Shown: piece after piece, positions 47,306 to 58,761 of the stretch | How positions within the stretch are numbered: position 1 is the stretch's first letter | Layout: each line of letters starts with the position of its first letter | NCBI GenBank assembly: GCA_964270895.1 | Contig: OZ185435.1 | DNA length: 64,000 bases | Origin: Podarcis filfolensis | Lineage: Eukaryota | Strand: one strand, 5' to 3' | Position numbers and translations under genes: made by a program | Notes under the pieces: generated by a model | Database searches by the model: none | Seen by the model: the letters and a program-made list of their open reading frames with translations, nothing else | Told to the model about the DNA's origin: nothing

Positions 47306-48282
47306 CTTAAAGATATTAGTTTCTTTGAGACATGCAAAATCATACTTGTAAAAAGCATAGGACAAAAAAGACATAACCAAAGACTATGACCAACAAACAG
47401 AGAGCCCAGCCATATTTATTGTGGAATAAACTTATACTTTCCATTTAGTCACAGAAGCAGGCCTTCTTCAAGGTTAACTAATTTGAACCTTTTGCTCTGC
47501 TAGTTAGAGATGCTCAGGCTGAAAACAGATAGGAGTGCAGCAGAATTATTTGCTTAAATCTAGGTTTGCTACAATCACATATAAAGTAGGGTGCCTGTTG
47601 TTAAGAGCAAAGGGGGTGGAGGAGTGAAAGGTTCTGAAATATGCCCCTTCTGCACTCCATAAGTCTCTAAACATTTTTTGCTGGAACTCCTTTTTACCCC
47701 ACCTGGGCTCTGATTATTTTTCTGCTCTCATGGGTCATGTCTACCAGAGCAAGTTAAGGCTCACCCCTCAACTGAGCACTAGTCATGCTTTTATGGTTAG
47801 CCTCGCTATTTATAAAGTTTGGTCCCACTGAAACCAGTTCGTCTAATCTAATTAAAATCTAAGTGTTCCACCTTTCTGGTTTCTAGTTATTCCAATCTTC
47901 AGTTAAGTTCTGAAAAAAGTTTTTCATTGCTACTGAACTATCATTAACTGGATCTTATGCTATTTTCTTTTTCACCCAAGTTTTCATTTTTCTCCCTTAA
48001 TGCTTTATGAGAATGGTTTTTATTGGGCTACATCTGAGACACATGAAAGGCAGCCTAAATAATATCTAAACCTTGAAACAACCCCCCATGTGTGTCTATT
48101 GCTGCATTTGAAAATGAATTTACTTAAAGTCTATCCAATCATTAATGTGAATGGAGTGTGAATGGAGTGTGAATGGCCGATCAAATGGCCATAAACACCT
48201 TTAGTATACATGGCAACCTGGGCTTGGGCTCTGTAACATAAAGCATTGACAAGTTAGAAGACTTAATTAAAGGATTATGTAC

Positions 48283-48363
48283 CTTCATAGTGCGTAGCTT
48301 CTTTCCTAGATACTTGAACTGTTACTTGTTCCTCCGAAATGGCTTTCTTTCGTATCACAGGCA
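48283..48363 (-). CDS. TTN: Titin PEVK exon
   Basis: VPVIRKKAISEEQVTVQVSRKEATHYE; 81 nt. Confidence 0.88.
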
Positions 48364-48553
48364 CTTTAAAGATATTAGTTTGTGGCAGGAAATTAAAAAA
48401 TTTGTGAAACACATAGAAACAGACAAACTAAATAAACAGTTATTGACGTTGGCACACAACACCCCGAAATTTATGACAATGAGCTATTGTGGCACATTTA
48501 AATGCCTTGAAATTTGCTAATTCATTATCACTTTCACTGAATTGCTGTTGTAC

Positions 48554-48640
48554 CTTTAGCTGCCGGAGGTTCCAATTCTTTTGAGACCGATGGAGTAGGA
48601 ATTATTTCTCGTGAAACAGCCTTTTCTCGAATCTCAGGTG
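48554..48640 (-). CDS. TTN: Titin PEVK exon
   Basis: APEIREKAVSREIIPTPSVSKELEPPAAK; 87 nt. Confidence 0.9.
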
Positions 48641-49087
48641 CTTTAAAGATATTAGTCTTTTTTTAGAAATGTGGGCATTTTAAAATAAGAGGTTATTGCA
48701 GACCACAGACAAAACAACAGGACACACACACACATATTTCAAAGATCTTGGAAGAAATTTGACACGTATCTTCCATGATAGAATTACAGCGACGAAACAT
48801 TGCCTTATGACCAATTGAGCCTTCTGCATTCGTCTCTGCTTTGCAAGAGTGGCGATTCTAGATGAAAAGCAATATTCCTATTCCTATTCAGATTTCTAGT
48901 ACAGGTGATCTGAATTTTATCCCATTTAATTATTCCCCCTAAAATTGCATGGAATAATTTGTAATTAATTTGGCAAGAAATTCGCCTACATTGCACAAAA
49001 CACTGAATTATGCAAAAGAATAGCAGGTGGGGAAATAAAATGGCGAAATGTCTCATTTCACTGCAGTTGTAGCTAAAGGTGTGTTAC

Positions 49088-49168
49088 CTTTGATAGGCGT
49101 TGCTTCTTCTTTAGGTACAGGTGTAGGTTTCTTCTTCTCTGGCACAGCTTTCTTTGCCGCCGGAGGCA
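49088..49168 (-). CDS. TTN: Titin PEVK exon
   Basis: VPPAAKKAVPEKKKPTPVPKEEATPIK; 81 nt. Confidence 0.92.
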
Positions 49169-49310
49169 CTTTAAAGATATTAGTTTATTTTTGAGTATGT
49201 ATACAATTATGTCACACATAAGACAAAAAGGAACAGACCAACAAAGGGCCTGGATAATACAATGGTAGCTGCTTGCTTTGGGAAATTAGCGGAAGAGGTG
49301 GTGTATGTAC

Positions 49311-49394
49311 CTTTAATGGGCGGAGCTTTCTGTTTTATAGGAACACCAATGGGAGCCGTTTCTTCTGGGACAGCTTCCTCTTCCAGTTCAAGCA
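49311..49394 (-). CDS. TTN: Titin PEVK exon
   Basis: VLELEEEAVPEETAPIGVPIKQKAPPIK; 84 nt. Confidence 0.9.
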
Positions 49395-50058
49395 CTTTAA
49401 AGATATTAGTATATTTGAGACGTTTCAAAAGGACACACAAAGGACAGGTTGGGGGGGGAAATAAACAGCACACAGTGAAGACCAGCAGATCAAGAAAAAA
49501 AATGAAGTTGAAAAAAAGAATAATCCTAGAACTAAAGAAGCACAACTCATTCACGATTTGCTCTCTGACATCTATGCTGTTTCCTTTGGCTTTTAAAAGT
49601 GAAATGGCTAACAGCAGAACAGTGATTTTTTCCACAGCAGCTGAATTACTATGCTCTTCTTGACACAGTGACAACAGGCTCTGCTCCACATACTAACAAC
49701 TCAGATTCCTTCCCTTATGTCTATGTTTGGCCAAGTGCATTTGCTTCAGACTGTGGAGGTCAAATGATTGATAGGAAGCTATGCAAAGGAAATTCAGCAC
49801 TGGAGCCAGAATCCCACCCTTGGACCATATGACCTGCTACCTCACTGCAATATGTCCTCACGCCAAAACATGTGGACAATAATATTTTAAATCATGACAT
49901 ATTGATTAAGCAAAACACAGCATGATAAGCTGTTTGATATTATAAAGTCTACAAAATCAGACACCTCTTACTATTCTCAGTGCCAATTAAATTGTTAAAC
50001 TGACTGACCGGCTTTTCAAGCTTAGTTATTTTGCAAATTGAATAAAACTCTGATGTAC

Positions 50059-50142
50059 CTTCAACTGTAGCACCTTCCTTTTCTCTGGAGATAATATAAG
50101 TAACTTTTTCTTCCCGTAATGTTTTCTCATGAACTGCGGGAG
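50059..50142 (-). CDS. TTN: Titin PEVK exon
   Basis: APAVHEKTLREEKVTYIISREKEGATVE; 84 nt. Confidence 0.87.
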
Positions 50143-50640
50143 CTTTAAAGATATTAGTTTTCTCTTAGTTGGGTTTTTTTAAAAAAATTGTTATAACATC
50201 TTTAAACGCAAGACAACCATAACACAGAGAAAAGAATAACTAAACAAATTATTTTTCCATTTTAAATACTTCAGGGGCAGAATATCATTTTAATGGTTTC
50301 ATACGCAGGAAAGAAGGGGATAATGAGCAATTTAAATTTAATAAAGTGGCTTGACCGATAAAATACATTTTCTAATGTCAGCTATACCTCTTTTCCTTTA
50401 TACAATAAATGCCATCACTTTATTTAGGACATCTTCCAATCACAGCTGTTGTCAACATAGTCAACAGATTTTTGTAAGCCAAATGAAAATGTTTTCTCCA
50501 GATTTCATAGGATTTATGATACACTTGTGCCAGGAACATCTAAGGGCCTTACTGCTGTGATCTAAGTAAACATTGATGATGCAACTACACTGATGGAGAT
50601 ACACTTTTTTTTGTTCTTGCCTATTCAAAATTTCATCTAC

Positions 50641-50724
50641 CTTTTACTGTGGGAGGTTCTTCTGCTTCATAGGTAGTGATGGATACTTTTTCTTCAGGGA
50701 CGGCTCTCTTGGGAATGTCAGGCA
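50641..50724 (-). CDS. TTN: Titin PEVK exon
   Basis: VPDIPKRAVPEEKVSITTYEAEEPPTVK; 84 nt. Confidence 0.92.
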
Positions 50725-50883
50725 CTTTAAAGATAGAGCATGTACTCAAGCTTATTTGGAGAAATACACACTTCTAAAATAATGTGCACATTGCTGAAAG
50801 TTCTCTTCTGAGGCGTTAGTGATAACACCATAGACGAGAACACAGGAATGTCAACATTCTTTCTGTCTTACTACTGAATCTAC

Positions 50884-50967
50884 CTTTAGCTGGTGAAGGC
50901 TCTTTCCTTTTGGGAACAGTCTTAGGCACTTTTTCTTCAGGAACAGCTTTCTTAGGTATCTCAGGCA
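50884..50967 (-). CDS. TTN: Titin PEVK exon
   Basis: VPEIPKKAVPEEKVPKTVPKRKEPSPAK; 84 nt. Confidence 0.93.
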
Positions 50968-51184
50968 CTTTAAAGATACAATACTTTTGTTTAGTTATTT
51001 ATGAATCTTACATGAATGCTATATACATAATTACAAAAGAAGGGAACACAAAACACAAGGACACACCATGAATACATACACATACAGAACAAACACAACA
51101 TACCATTGAAGGTGTACAATACATTTATACAAAATACACAGAGAGAAGATGAAAAATACACAAGATAGTGAAGAGTGAATGTAC

Positions 51185-51262
51185 CTTTAGGTGGCGGAGT
51201 TACTTCTTTCTTAGGAACAGCAAGAGGTACTTTTTCTTCTGGTTTCTTTTTTGCTGCGGGCA
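51185..51262 (-). CDS. TTN: Titin PEVK exon
   Basis: VPAAKKKPEEKVPLAVPKKEVTPPPK; 78 nt. Confidence 0.92.
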
Positions 51263-52077
51263 CTTTAAAAACATGTATTTCTTTTAAGAGTTTGCCATTC
51301 TTTGAATTACGAATCAAGTGCAAGAATAAACAAAAGAGACTAAAAATGCCACACAAAATGACAGAAAGGGGTTTAAAAAACGACACAGACGCATAGGGGC
51401 AATATTGATTAAATGTCAAGTTCGACAGAGAAGGAAAAAAATTATCTATCCCAGTTTGTTATCTATACTGATCTGCCTTCTCTTATCTAGTTGCTTACAT
51501 ATATGGGAAACTGTTCCACTAAATGTAATGAAACTTAGGTGGTTTGGAACCACAGTCCAACTATACCCTCTCTCAAGTCCCATTCTTCCTCTGAAAATCC
51601 ACTCTGGAAGGTCTCCTCCCCTGGCAGCTGAACACACATGGTTGCCGGCTGATGGGGAATTCCCCCCAGTTGTCATGGCCATGGGTACAACTTTCTGCCC
51701 AGCGAAGCCAGGTTCACATTGACCAATCAGAGACCCAAGCTGGGGGAGTTCCTCGCTAGCTGGCCAGCACTGGCTTAACAGAACTGAGGAAAAGCTATCA
51801 GATGTATACATAGCTCATGCCCTTAGACAGTTCAACTAACAGGTTTGTATCCAACTCAGAACAGACACAGTGAAATTAATGGGCCTATGTTAGTCATGAC
51901 CTTTAATTTCATTGGGTCTGTTATGACTATGACTAACAATGGATACAACCCATAGTGACATATTAAAATTAATGTCCGATCTGCTAGTGAAAACTGAAAT
52001 GTAAGGACAACGATCACCCATAAGGGGACTTGATTTTTCAGGGTACACAAAGGAACAGATTCAGCAGCTTTATGTAC

Positions 52078-52161
52078 CTTTAGCTGGTGGAGCTTCCTCT
52101 TTTTTAGGTACAGCAACTTTTACTTTTTCTTCAGCAATGGCTCTTTTAGGCACCTCAGGCA
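52078..52161 (-). CDS. TTN: Titin PEVK exon
   Basis: VPEVPKRAIAEEKVKVAVPKKEEAPPAK; 84 nt. Confidence 0.93.
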
Positions 52162-52482
52162 CTTGAAAAACATTTTACGAAGGAGCTTTTAGTTATTTAC
52201 AAAGATACCAAATTGCCAAATTCAGAAGACTGTAATCACAATTACAGAAGAAGTCTCTAATCATTAAAGGAGGATACACCCATCATTAGCTTTTTGAACT
52301 ATTCAGTAACAGCAGCATAGTTGGTTTGACCCACTCTGGGAAACCTGTCCCTCAAATGGAGTCTTGTAAGCACAAAGGCAGGGAATACTGGGGTGGATTT
52401 TTTGGGGGAGGGGAAATTTGGGCATTCAAAAGAAGGTTCAATCTCAGGGCAGCAACAAACAACAGGTAAATGATTAATATAC

Positions 52483-52821
52483 CTATTGCTGGTGGAACCT
52501 CATACACTTCCTCATATTCTTCAATCTCCTTGGTCTCCCGAACCTCTTCATAGTACTCAAGTTCCTCCGGTTCTGGAGCTTCTTCATACTGTTCAAATTC
52601 TTCTGGAGCTTCCTCGTATTGCTCAACTTCAGGTTCTTCTGGAGCTTCTTCATATCTTTCAGGTTCTGGGGCTTCCTCATATTCTTCAGGTTCTTCACCC
52701 TCTTCTACCTGAAGAAACTCCTCAGTCTTCTCATAGGTCTCATATTTCTCATATTCTTCATAGAAGTATTTTTCGACAGTGACCTGTTCTTCAGGGATGG
52801 GTTTCTTACGTACCACAGGCA
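52483..52821 (-). CDS. TTN: Titin polyE-type PEVK exon (Tyr/Glu-rich)
   Basis: VPVVRKKPIPEE...YEEAPE x4...EVPPAI; 339 nt. Confidence 0.92.
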
Positions 52822-53300
52822 CTTTAAAGATAGCATTAATTTTTCATTATTTCAAAGACTTGCTGGTGCATAAGCATACAAAGCAAACATAGAAAGAAAA
52901 CCACCCAAAGTTATCATTATAATTACAAGAAGGGTTTTTAAAAATAAAAAAGGGATACCTGTAATGCTAGTGGCCTATAGTAATAGACTAGAAGATGTTA
53001 GAAAAGATCAGTAATAAATTCTCTTTATAAGATATTTAGAGATGCACAAAAACAAACTTAGGTAGAAGAATTTTCTTTGATTTAACAGCAGATATTTTTT
53101 CCTCAGAGATGTTAAAAAATACAGTGCTGTTTCAGGTAGGCATTTTTAAATTTACCAAGTATAAGAAAACCACACAATTCATAAAGCATGAATAAAAACG
53201 AATGCAAAAAGTTACTAACGTATATTTGACTGTGATAAAACACACATATAATTAGTAATATGAAAGAAGAACGTTATAACACAGATAAGAAGAGTTGTAC

Positions 53301-53384
53301 CTTTGGCAGGTGGAGCCTCTACTTTTTTAGGAGGAGCAGTTGCTACCTTCTTTTCAGGGACAACTTTCTTGGGTACCTCAGGCA
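53301..53384 (-). CDS. TTN: Titin PEVK exon
   Basis: VPEVPKKVVPEKKVATAPPKKVEAPPAK; 84 nt. Confidence 0.93.
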
Positions 53385-53711
53385 CTTTAAAGACATGACA
53401 CCGCTACTTTAGCTTTTATATATATATTGCACAATGTCAGTCAAACTACAAGATCACAAGCAACACAGAGACATACAAGATGACACAAATCACTATGCTG
53501 ATTTAGGATGCAATCCTATACCCATCATTTTCCTGGGTGTAAGTCCTATTGATCCCAATGGGACTTACTTCTGAGTCGAAGTGTATAGGATGGCATTGTT
53601 TAGTTGGTTCAAGTTCAAACGTAATGGGACAGCAACAACAAAAATGACTGGTTAATGCCATGATAAATGTTATCATCTTATGTATCTATAGGTATAGATT
53701 TATGGATATAC

Positions 53712-53786
53712 CTTTCTCTGGAGGAGCTGCCACCTTTTTAGGAACAGGGACTTTCTCTTCTGGGACAGGTTTGGGAACTTCAGGCA
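53712..53786 (-). CDS. TTN: Titin PEVK exon
   Basis: VPEVPKPVPEEKVPVPKKVAAPPEK; 75 nt. Confidence 0.93.
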
Positions 53787-54027
53787 CTTTAAAGAATATT
53801 GAGTTGTTTTAAGAATTTGGTCTCGAGCCAGCGCGGACAAACACATATGACATTGCAACGTTTAAGAGCTATCTATTCAGACAACTTTGCCATATTCCCA
53901 AAAGTGAACATCAGGTATGACGTACGACAAGCCTACTTTAATAGCTAATTAATTAATACAAATGGTTATCAATGTATGGACAAAAATAAAAATAAAAATT
54001 GCACACTGTTTTAAAGATTGGATATAC

Positions 54028-54102
54028 CTTTTTTGGGAGGAGCTGGGACCTTTTTGGCAACAGGAACTTTCTCCTCCGGAACAGGCTTAGGAACCTCAGG
54101 CA
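54028..54102 (-). CDS. TTN: Titin PEVK exon
   Basis: VPEVPKPVPEEKVPVAKKVPAPPKK; 75 nt. Confidence 0.93.
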
Positions 54103-54263
54103 CTTTAAAGACAGCATAGACTTAATTTAAAGCCACCGCACACACAAACATGTAAGACTTCACAGCATTGTTAGCTATGTGTTTCAATGCTCCGAGACAT
54201 AATGATAATTTCTAGACTTAAAGTAAGTGTCAAAAGCGTTCTGGTTTTGATATATGGCTATAC

Positions 54264-54338
54264 CTTTTGCTGGAGGAGACGGCACCTTTTTGGGAACGGG
54301 CACTTTCTCTTCAGGGACGGGTTTAGGAACCTCAGCCA
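54264..54338 (-). CDS. TTN: Titin PEVK exon
   Basis: VAEVPKPVPEEKVPVPKKVPSPPAK; 75 nt. Confidence 0.93.
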
Positions 54339-54702
54339 CTTAAAAAAAAATGATAGTGTTTTGAGAATATGTTTTGTTTTTTTAAAAAATCCTCAGTTCT
54401 ACCACAATACCAAGAAGCACCAAGAACAGGAAGATGTGTACAAAAAGCAAGAAATTCGCAGAACAAGAACTTCAGCAATTCAGACAATATTCTGCCGGGA
54501 AGCAGTTTTCCATACATTGCAAACAGACAAAAGTGACACAGGACAAACATGTTGTGCTATACACATTTTGAAATATTTCCTGCACACAGTTTAAATTCCC
54601 CTGAATTCACTGGCAAACAAGAAGTTTCTTTTCTCTTCTGGAAGGTCAGGTTGTTAGTACAACTGAAGAAAACATACACTAATTCCTTGTTACTCAATGT
54701 AC

Positions 54703-54786
54703 CTTTTGCTGGAGGAGGCTCCACTTTTTTGGGAACAGCTGCAGGGACTTTCTTTTCTGGGATGACTTTCTTTGGCACTTCTGGGA
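54703..54786 (-). CDS. TTN: Titin PEVK exon
   Basis: VPEVPKKVIPEKKVPAAVPKKVEPPPAK; 84 nt. Confidence 0.93.
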
Positions 54787-55212
54787 CTTTAAACACATAT
54801 TTTCGGATTAAGAATTTTGTTTTTAATCCACTTCGGAAAGAGAAACATAGCTCACGTTGGGGTTGGGGCAGGGCGGGGAGCACAAACACAGGTCACAGCA
54901 TAGACCACAATTTATGAATCTGCTTTAGGGTTTGTGTAACAGAATTTGTGACTATTCCTCTTGGAACAGCAGCCAGGCCATATCACACACTACATTTGAA
55001 ATTTTGCGGAGTTTCAAAAACAATTTGCGAAACAGTATGTGGGCCTTTGCTCGTGACAACTAAACAATGCACATCAATCCTATTCATGTTTACTTAGGAG
55101 TAAATCCCACAGTGTTCAAAGAAGTGTCGTTATACCAAATCAGATAATGAGTTAAGGTTAAGGTTAAGGAATCGGGTCTGGAGCTTTTTACAACTGGGTA
55201 CCCTGTTAAAAT

Positions 55213-55567
55213 GAGACACGGGTGGCACTGTGGGTTAAACCACAGAGCCTAGGACTTGCCGATCAGAAGGTCGGCGGTTTGAATCCCCATGATGGGGTGA
55301 GCTCCTGTTGTTCGGTCTCTGCTCCTGCCAACCTAGCAGTTTGAAAGCACATCAAAGTGCAAGTAGATAAATAGGTACCACTCTGGTGGGAAGATAAACA
55401 GCATTTCTGTGTGCTGCTCTGGTTCACCAGAAGTGGCTTAGTCATGCTGGCCACATGACCCGGAAGCTGTATGCCGGCTCCCTCGGCCAGTAAAGCGAGA
55501 TGAGTGCCGCAACCCCAGAGTCGGTCACGACTGGACCTAATGGTCAGGGGTCCCTTTACCTTTACCT
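55213..55567 (+). mobile_element. Sauria SINE, full length
   Basis: Closely similar to 2800-3155; CCTTTA tail; TSD TACCCTGTTAAA (55199-55210, 55568-55579). Confidence 0.92.
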
Positions 55568-56370
55568 TACCCTGTTAAAGGGGTTTGGGAAGGGATATTG
55601 CTGTCCAGAGGTCACATGGAGGCCAATAGGCCATAGCACCCTACTGAGAGGCAGTCCGGCGGGGAGCATCACACTTGATGCTTGTCAGGGAGTGACCAAC
55701 TATCAACAACCAGCAGGCAGGCTGGTTGATCTCAGATACCTACCCAATGTCTTCTCCAAAACCAGTTCACATGGTTTGCCTCCAACACTGGATGGCGCAC
55801 CTCTTGAGTATGGCTATGCAAATATCTTTACTTAGAAACAGTTATCTTTAAATACTTAAGTGCCATTATTTATGTCTTTAGAAATAGGTTTGTAAAATTA
55901 TTTTCAGAGGCTTTATAAAGAAAAGTGCAGCATGCAACAAGATCAAGAAAGAGAAGTATTTAGGCTGCAATTAAAAGTATGTCTGCAGTCCTATGCCCAT
56001 TCACTTGGGAGTAATCATTCATTGTCTCCAATGCTGTTTTACTGATTACCCAATGGAACTTTCCTGTTGTTTCCTCCCGCCTGCAGTGCCCCTCTGTGCA
56101 CCCTCAAAATTCACATATGGAAGTCAGGGGACTATTTGAGGAGATTTTGAGGGGTGCATGGGGAAAAGGGGGGAAAGGGAAGTCCCACTGAATGAGCAAA
56201 ACTCTGCTTGCCCAGAATTTGGTAAGCCTAGCAGAATTTATTCCTGGGTAAACATGCATAAGATCAGATTGCATGGCTTTTAGAGAACATAAAGCAAATG
56301 ACACAGATCATATTATTGTTCTTATTTTTAAAAGAGGTCTTTGATAAGGATAATGATGAGCTGAATGTAC

Positions 56371-56451
56371 CTTTTTCAGGTATAGCTTCCTCTTCTTCAG
56401 GTATATAAACAGGTGCTTCTTCTGGGACAGGCTCCTTTGGTATGTGAGGCA
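56371..56451 (-). CDS. TTN: Titin PEVK exon
   Basis: VPHIPKEPVPEEAPVYIPEEEEAIPEK; 81 nt. Confidence 0.92.
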
Positions 56452-56630
56452 CTTCAAGGATTTAATTTGAAGAATGTGATTTATGGGTTTGTTGTGACAA
56501 AGAAAGAGACAGAAATAGAAAGAGCTGACAGGCAAGGGACAACATCTATATTTGACATACACAAGCATCACATCTAAGATTAAAGAAACACATGAGATCA
56601 AGAAGACTGATTTTGACTGGGTTGATATAC

Positions 56631-56714
56631 CTTTAGCTGGTGGAGGTTCTGGTTTTTTGGGCACAGTGAGAGGCACCTTTGCTTCAGACACAGCTTTCTT
56701 GGGTATCTCAGGCA
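56631..56714 (-). CDS. TTN: Titin PEVK exon
   Basis: VPEIPKKAVSEAKVPLTVPKKPEPPPAK; 84 nt. Confidence 0.93.
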
Positions 56715-56975
56715 CTTTAAAGACACCAAGAAACAGACTTTGTATGCACATTGTATCACAAAAAAGAAAGAACAGATGTAGCAGAAGACAAAATACAAAA
56801 ACCATTCATATCTCGGGTGGGTGTGTCTGTGGTTGCAAATCTACACATCCTTGTTGATTTTGCATGGTTAATATTGCTTGTTGAAATATTCTGCACATAT
56901 CTCTGTGTTAAACCATGGGTAAAGCACTTACACATGTATGTATAATTTATATCTTTCAAATATTATTTCAGATAC

Positions 56976-57059
56976 CTTTAGGTGGAGCGGGCTCTGGTTT
57001 TTTGGGGACCGCAACAGGCACTTTCTCTTCTGGCACGGCTTTTTTCGGCACGGCCGGCA
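56976..57059 (-). CDS. TTN: Titin PEVK exon
   Basis: VPAVPKKAVPEEKVPVAVPKKPEPAPPK; 84 nt. Confidence 0.93.
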
Positions 57060-57334
57060 CTTTAAAAAGATTAATTTGCAGATTGATTTGACTCCTTCTA
57101 GTATTGAGACACCACAAAGCAAAAGAACTAAAAGAAGAATGTGCTGCATCTGAACCACAAGGGCAAGGGGATTTGCAAATCTGCTCTTAATGAAACCGCC
57201 AGGTTTTTCTCACTGATATAATGTTTCTTTAATATTTATATTTACAGGCCCACCCTCCATGGTATTGACCACCCAGGGAGAGGTACAACAAACTGCAGCC
57301 CTGCTATGTAACGTAGCAGGTCAATTGCTTACAA

Positions 57335-57476
57335 CAAGGCTCTCCAAACTTGAGTCACCAGCTGTTTTTGGATTACAATGCCCATCATCCCTAGCTAGCA
57401 GAACCAGTGGCCAGGGATGATGGGCATTGTAGTCCCAAAAAACCCCAGCTGGAAACCCAAGTTTGGGGAAACCCTG
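57335..57476. mobile_element. Palindromic hAT-type MITE (relative of 43414-43549)
   Basis: Inverted arms (ccaaactt / aagtttgg; acaatgcccatcatccct / agggatgatgggcattgt); 8-bp flanks 6/8. Confidence 0.75.
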
Positions 57477-57513
57477 GTTTAAAAGGATGACCAGGTGAAC
57501 AAGGAGATGATAC

Positions 57514-57591
57514 CTTTAGCAGGAGGAGCTTCCACCTTTTTAGGAGCAGGTACTTTCTCTTCAGGGACCACTTTCTTGGGTACTTCAGGCA
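57514..57591 (-). CDS. TTN: Titin PEVK exon
   Basis: VPEVPKKVVPEEKVPAPKKVEAPPAK; 78 nt. Confidence 0.93.
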
Positions 57592-57902
57592 CTTCAATTG
57601 AAAGAGACAGTACTTTGAGCATAGAATTTGGTTTCCGAATGAAGATGGAGAACAGTGACACAAAACACAAGAAGATTTTTTGTTGTTGAAGAAAATAAAC
57701 AAGAAGTTACATTTAACAGGATTAAAGGACTATTAACACCGTTATTGTTTTCAGTTTGCACGGCAATTTTTACCACATAAAAGTGGGTCATGACACAACA
57801 TCAACACAACAGGAAAATCTAAGTACATCATTGCAATCATCAGCCTAGTTGTAGCCTATTAGGTAAGTTTATTTGCACAAGGCAAGCCTCACACTGATTT
57901 AC

Positions 57903-57980
57903 CTTTAGCTGGTGGGGCTTCTTTTCGTTTAGGAACCGGAACCTTTTCTTCCGGGACGGGTTTCTTTGGCACCTCAGGCA
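57903..57980 (-). CDS. TTN: Titin PEVK exon
   Basis: VPEVPKKPVPEEKVPVPKRKEAPPAK; 78 nt. Confidence 0.93.
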
Positions 57981-58155
57981 CTTTAAAGATAGGGCAAGAG
58001 ATTGTTGAGGACACCACACCATTCACACAGCACATTAGAACAGAGAGTCAACAAAGGGCATGTCTACAGTTGATCCCCAGCCTACTAACGCCACTGAGCC
58101 AACAAACTTAACTGAAAGCAAGAGTTTGAGGACACCGAATGAAGAGATGATGTAC

Positions 58156-58242
58156 CTTTTGCTGGAGGAACTTCCTTCTTCTTGGGGACAGGCGCAGGAG
58201 GAGCCTTTTTCTCAGGGACGGGCTTCTTTGGTACCTCAGGCA
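58156..58242 (-). CDS. TTN: Titin PEVK exon
   Basis: VPEVPKKPVPEKKAPPAPVPKKKEVPPAK; 87 nt. Confidence 0.93.
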
Positions 58243-58517
58243 CTTGAAGGATAGGATTGTATTTAAAAGAATGGACGCACCAAGACGCACCATAAGAACA
58301 CAGCTGTATTGCAACGCTCTGACATGACCCCCGCAAGCTAAGTTAACTTAAGGAAAGTTTCTTGCTCCCTCTTCCCCCTTGCAGCCACTTGCATCCCCTA
58401 AAAGTCCTCTCTAGAGTGTTGGGGCTCCTTCCTGAATACAGTGAAATGGGGCATACATAGCTGTTTTTTTATAATCAAGCCAGACCATTGGTCCATCTAG
58501 CTCCTCACTGTCAATTA

Positions 58518-58749
58518 CAGTCGTACCTTGGATCCCGAACGCCATGGTACTCGGACATTTTGGCTCCCAAACACCGCAAACCCAGAAGTGACTGTTTCGG
58601 TTTGTGAACTATTTTGGGAACCCAAACATCTGGTGGGGCTTCAGCAGCTTCTGATTGGCTGCAGAAACTTCCTGCAGCCAATCAGAAGCCGCGCTTTGGT
58701 TTCCAAATGTTTCCAGAACGAATTCCATTCGACTTCCAAGGTATGACTG
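58518..58749. mobile_element. Tc1/mariner (Tigger-like) MITE, same subfamily as 10950-11168
   Basis: TIR CAGTC(G/A)TACCTTGGA, TA flanks. Confidence 0.9.
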
Positions 58750-58761
58750 TATAATGCCAAA

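Noticed and set aside
49076-49092. Hairpin AAAGGU/ACCUUU that could mask the donor of exon 49088
   Set aside because: Only a 6-bp stem and not repeated at other PEVK donors.
2800-55567. The two Sauria SINEs as an inverted pair forming dsRNA for editing or back-splicing
   Set aside because: Both are on the plus strand and 52 kb apart.
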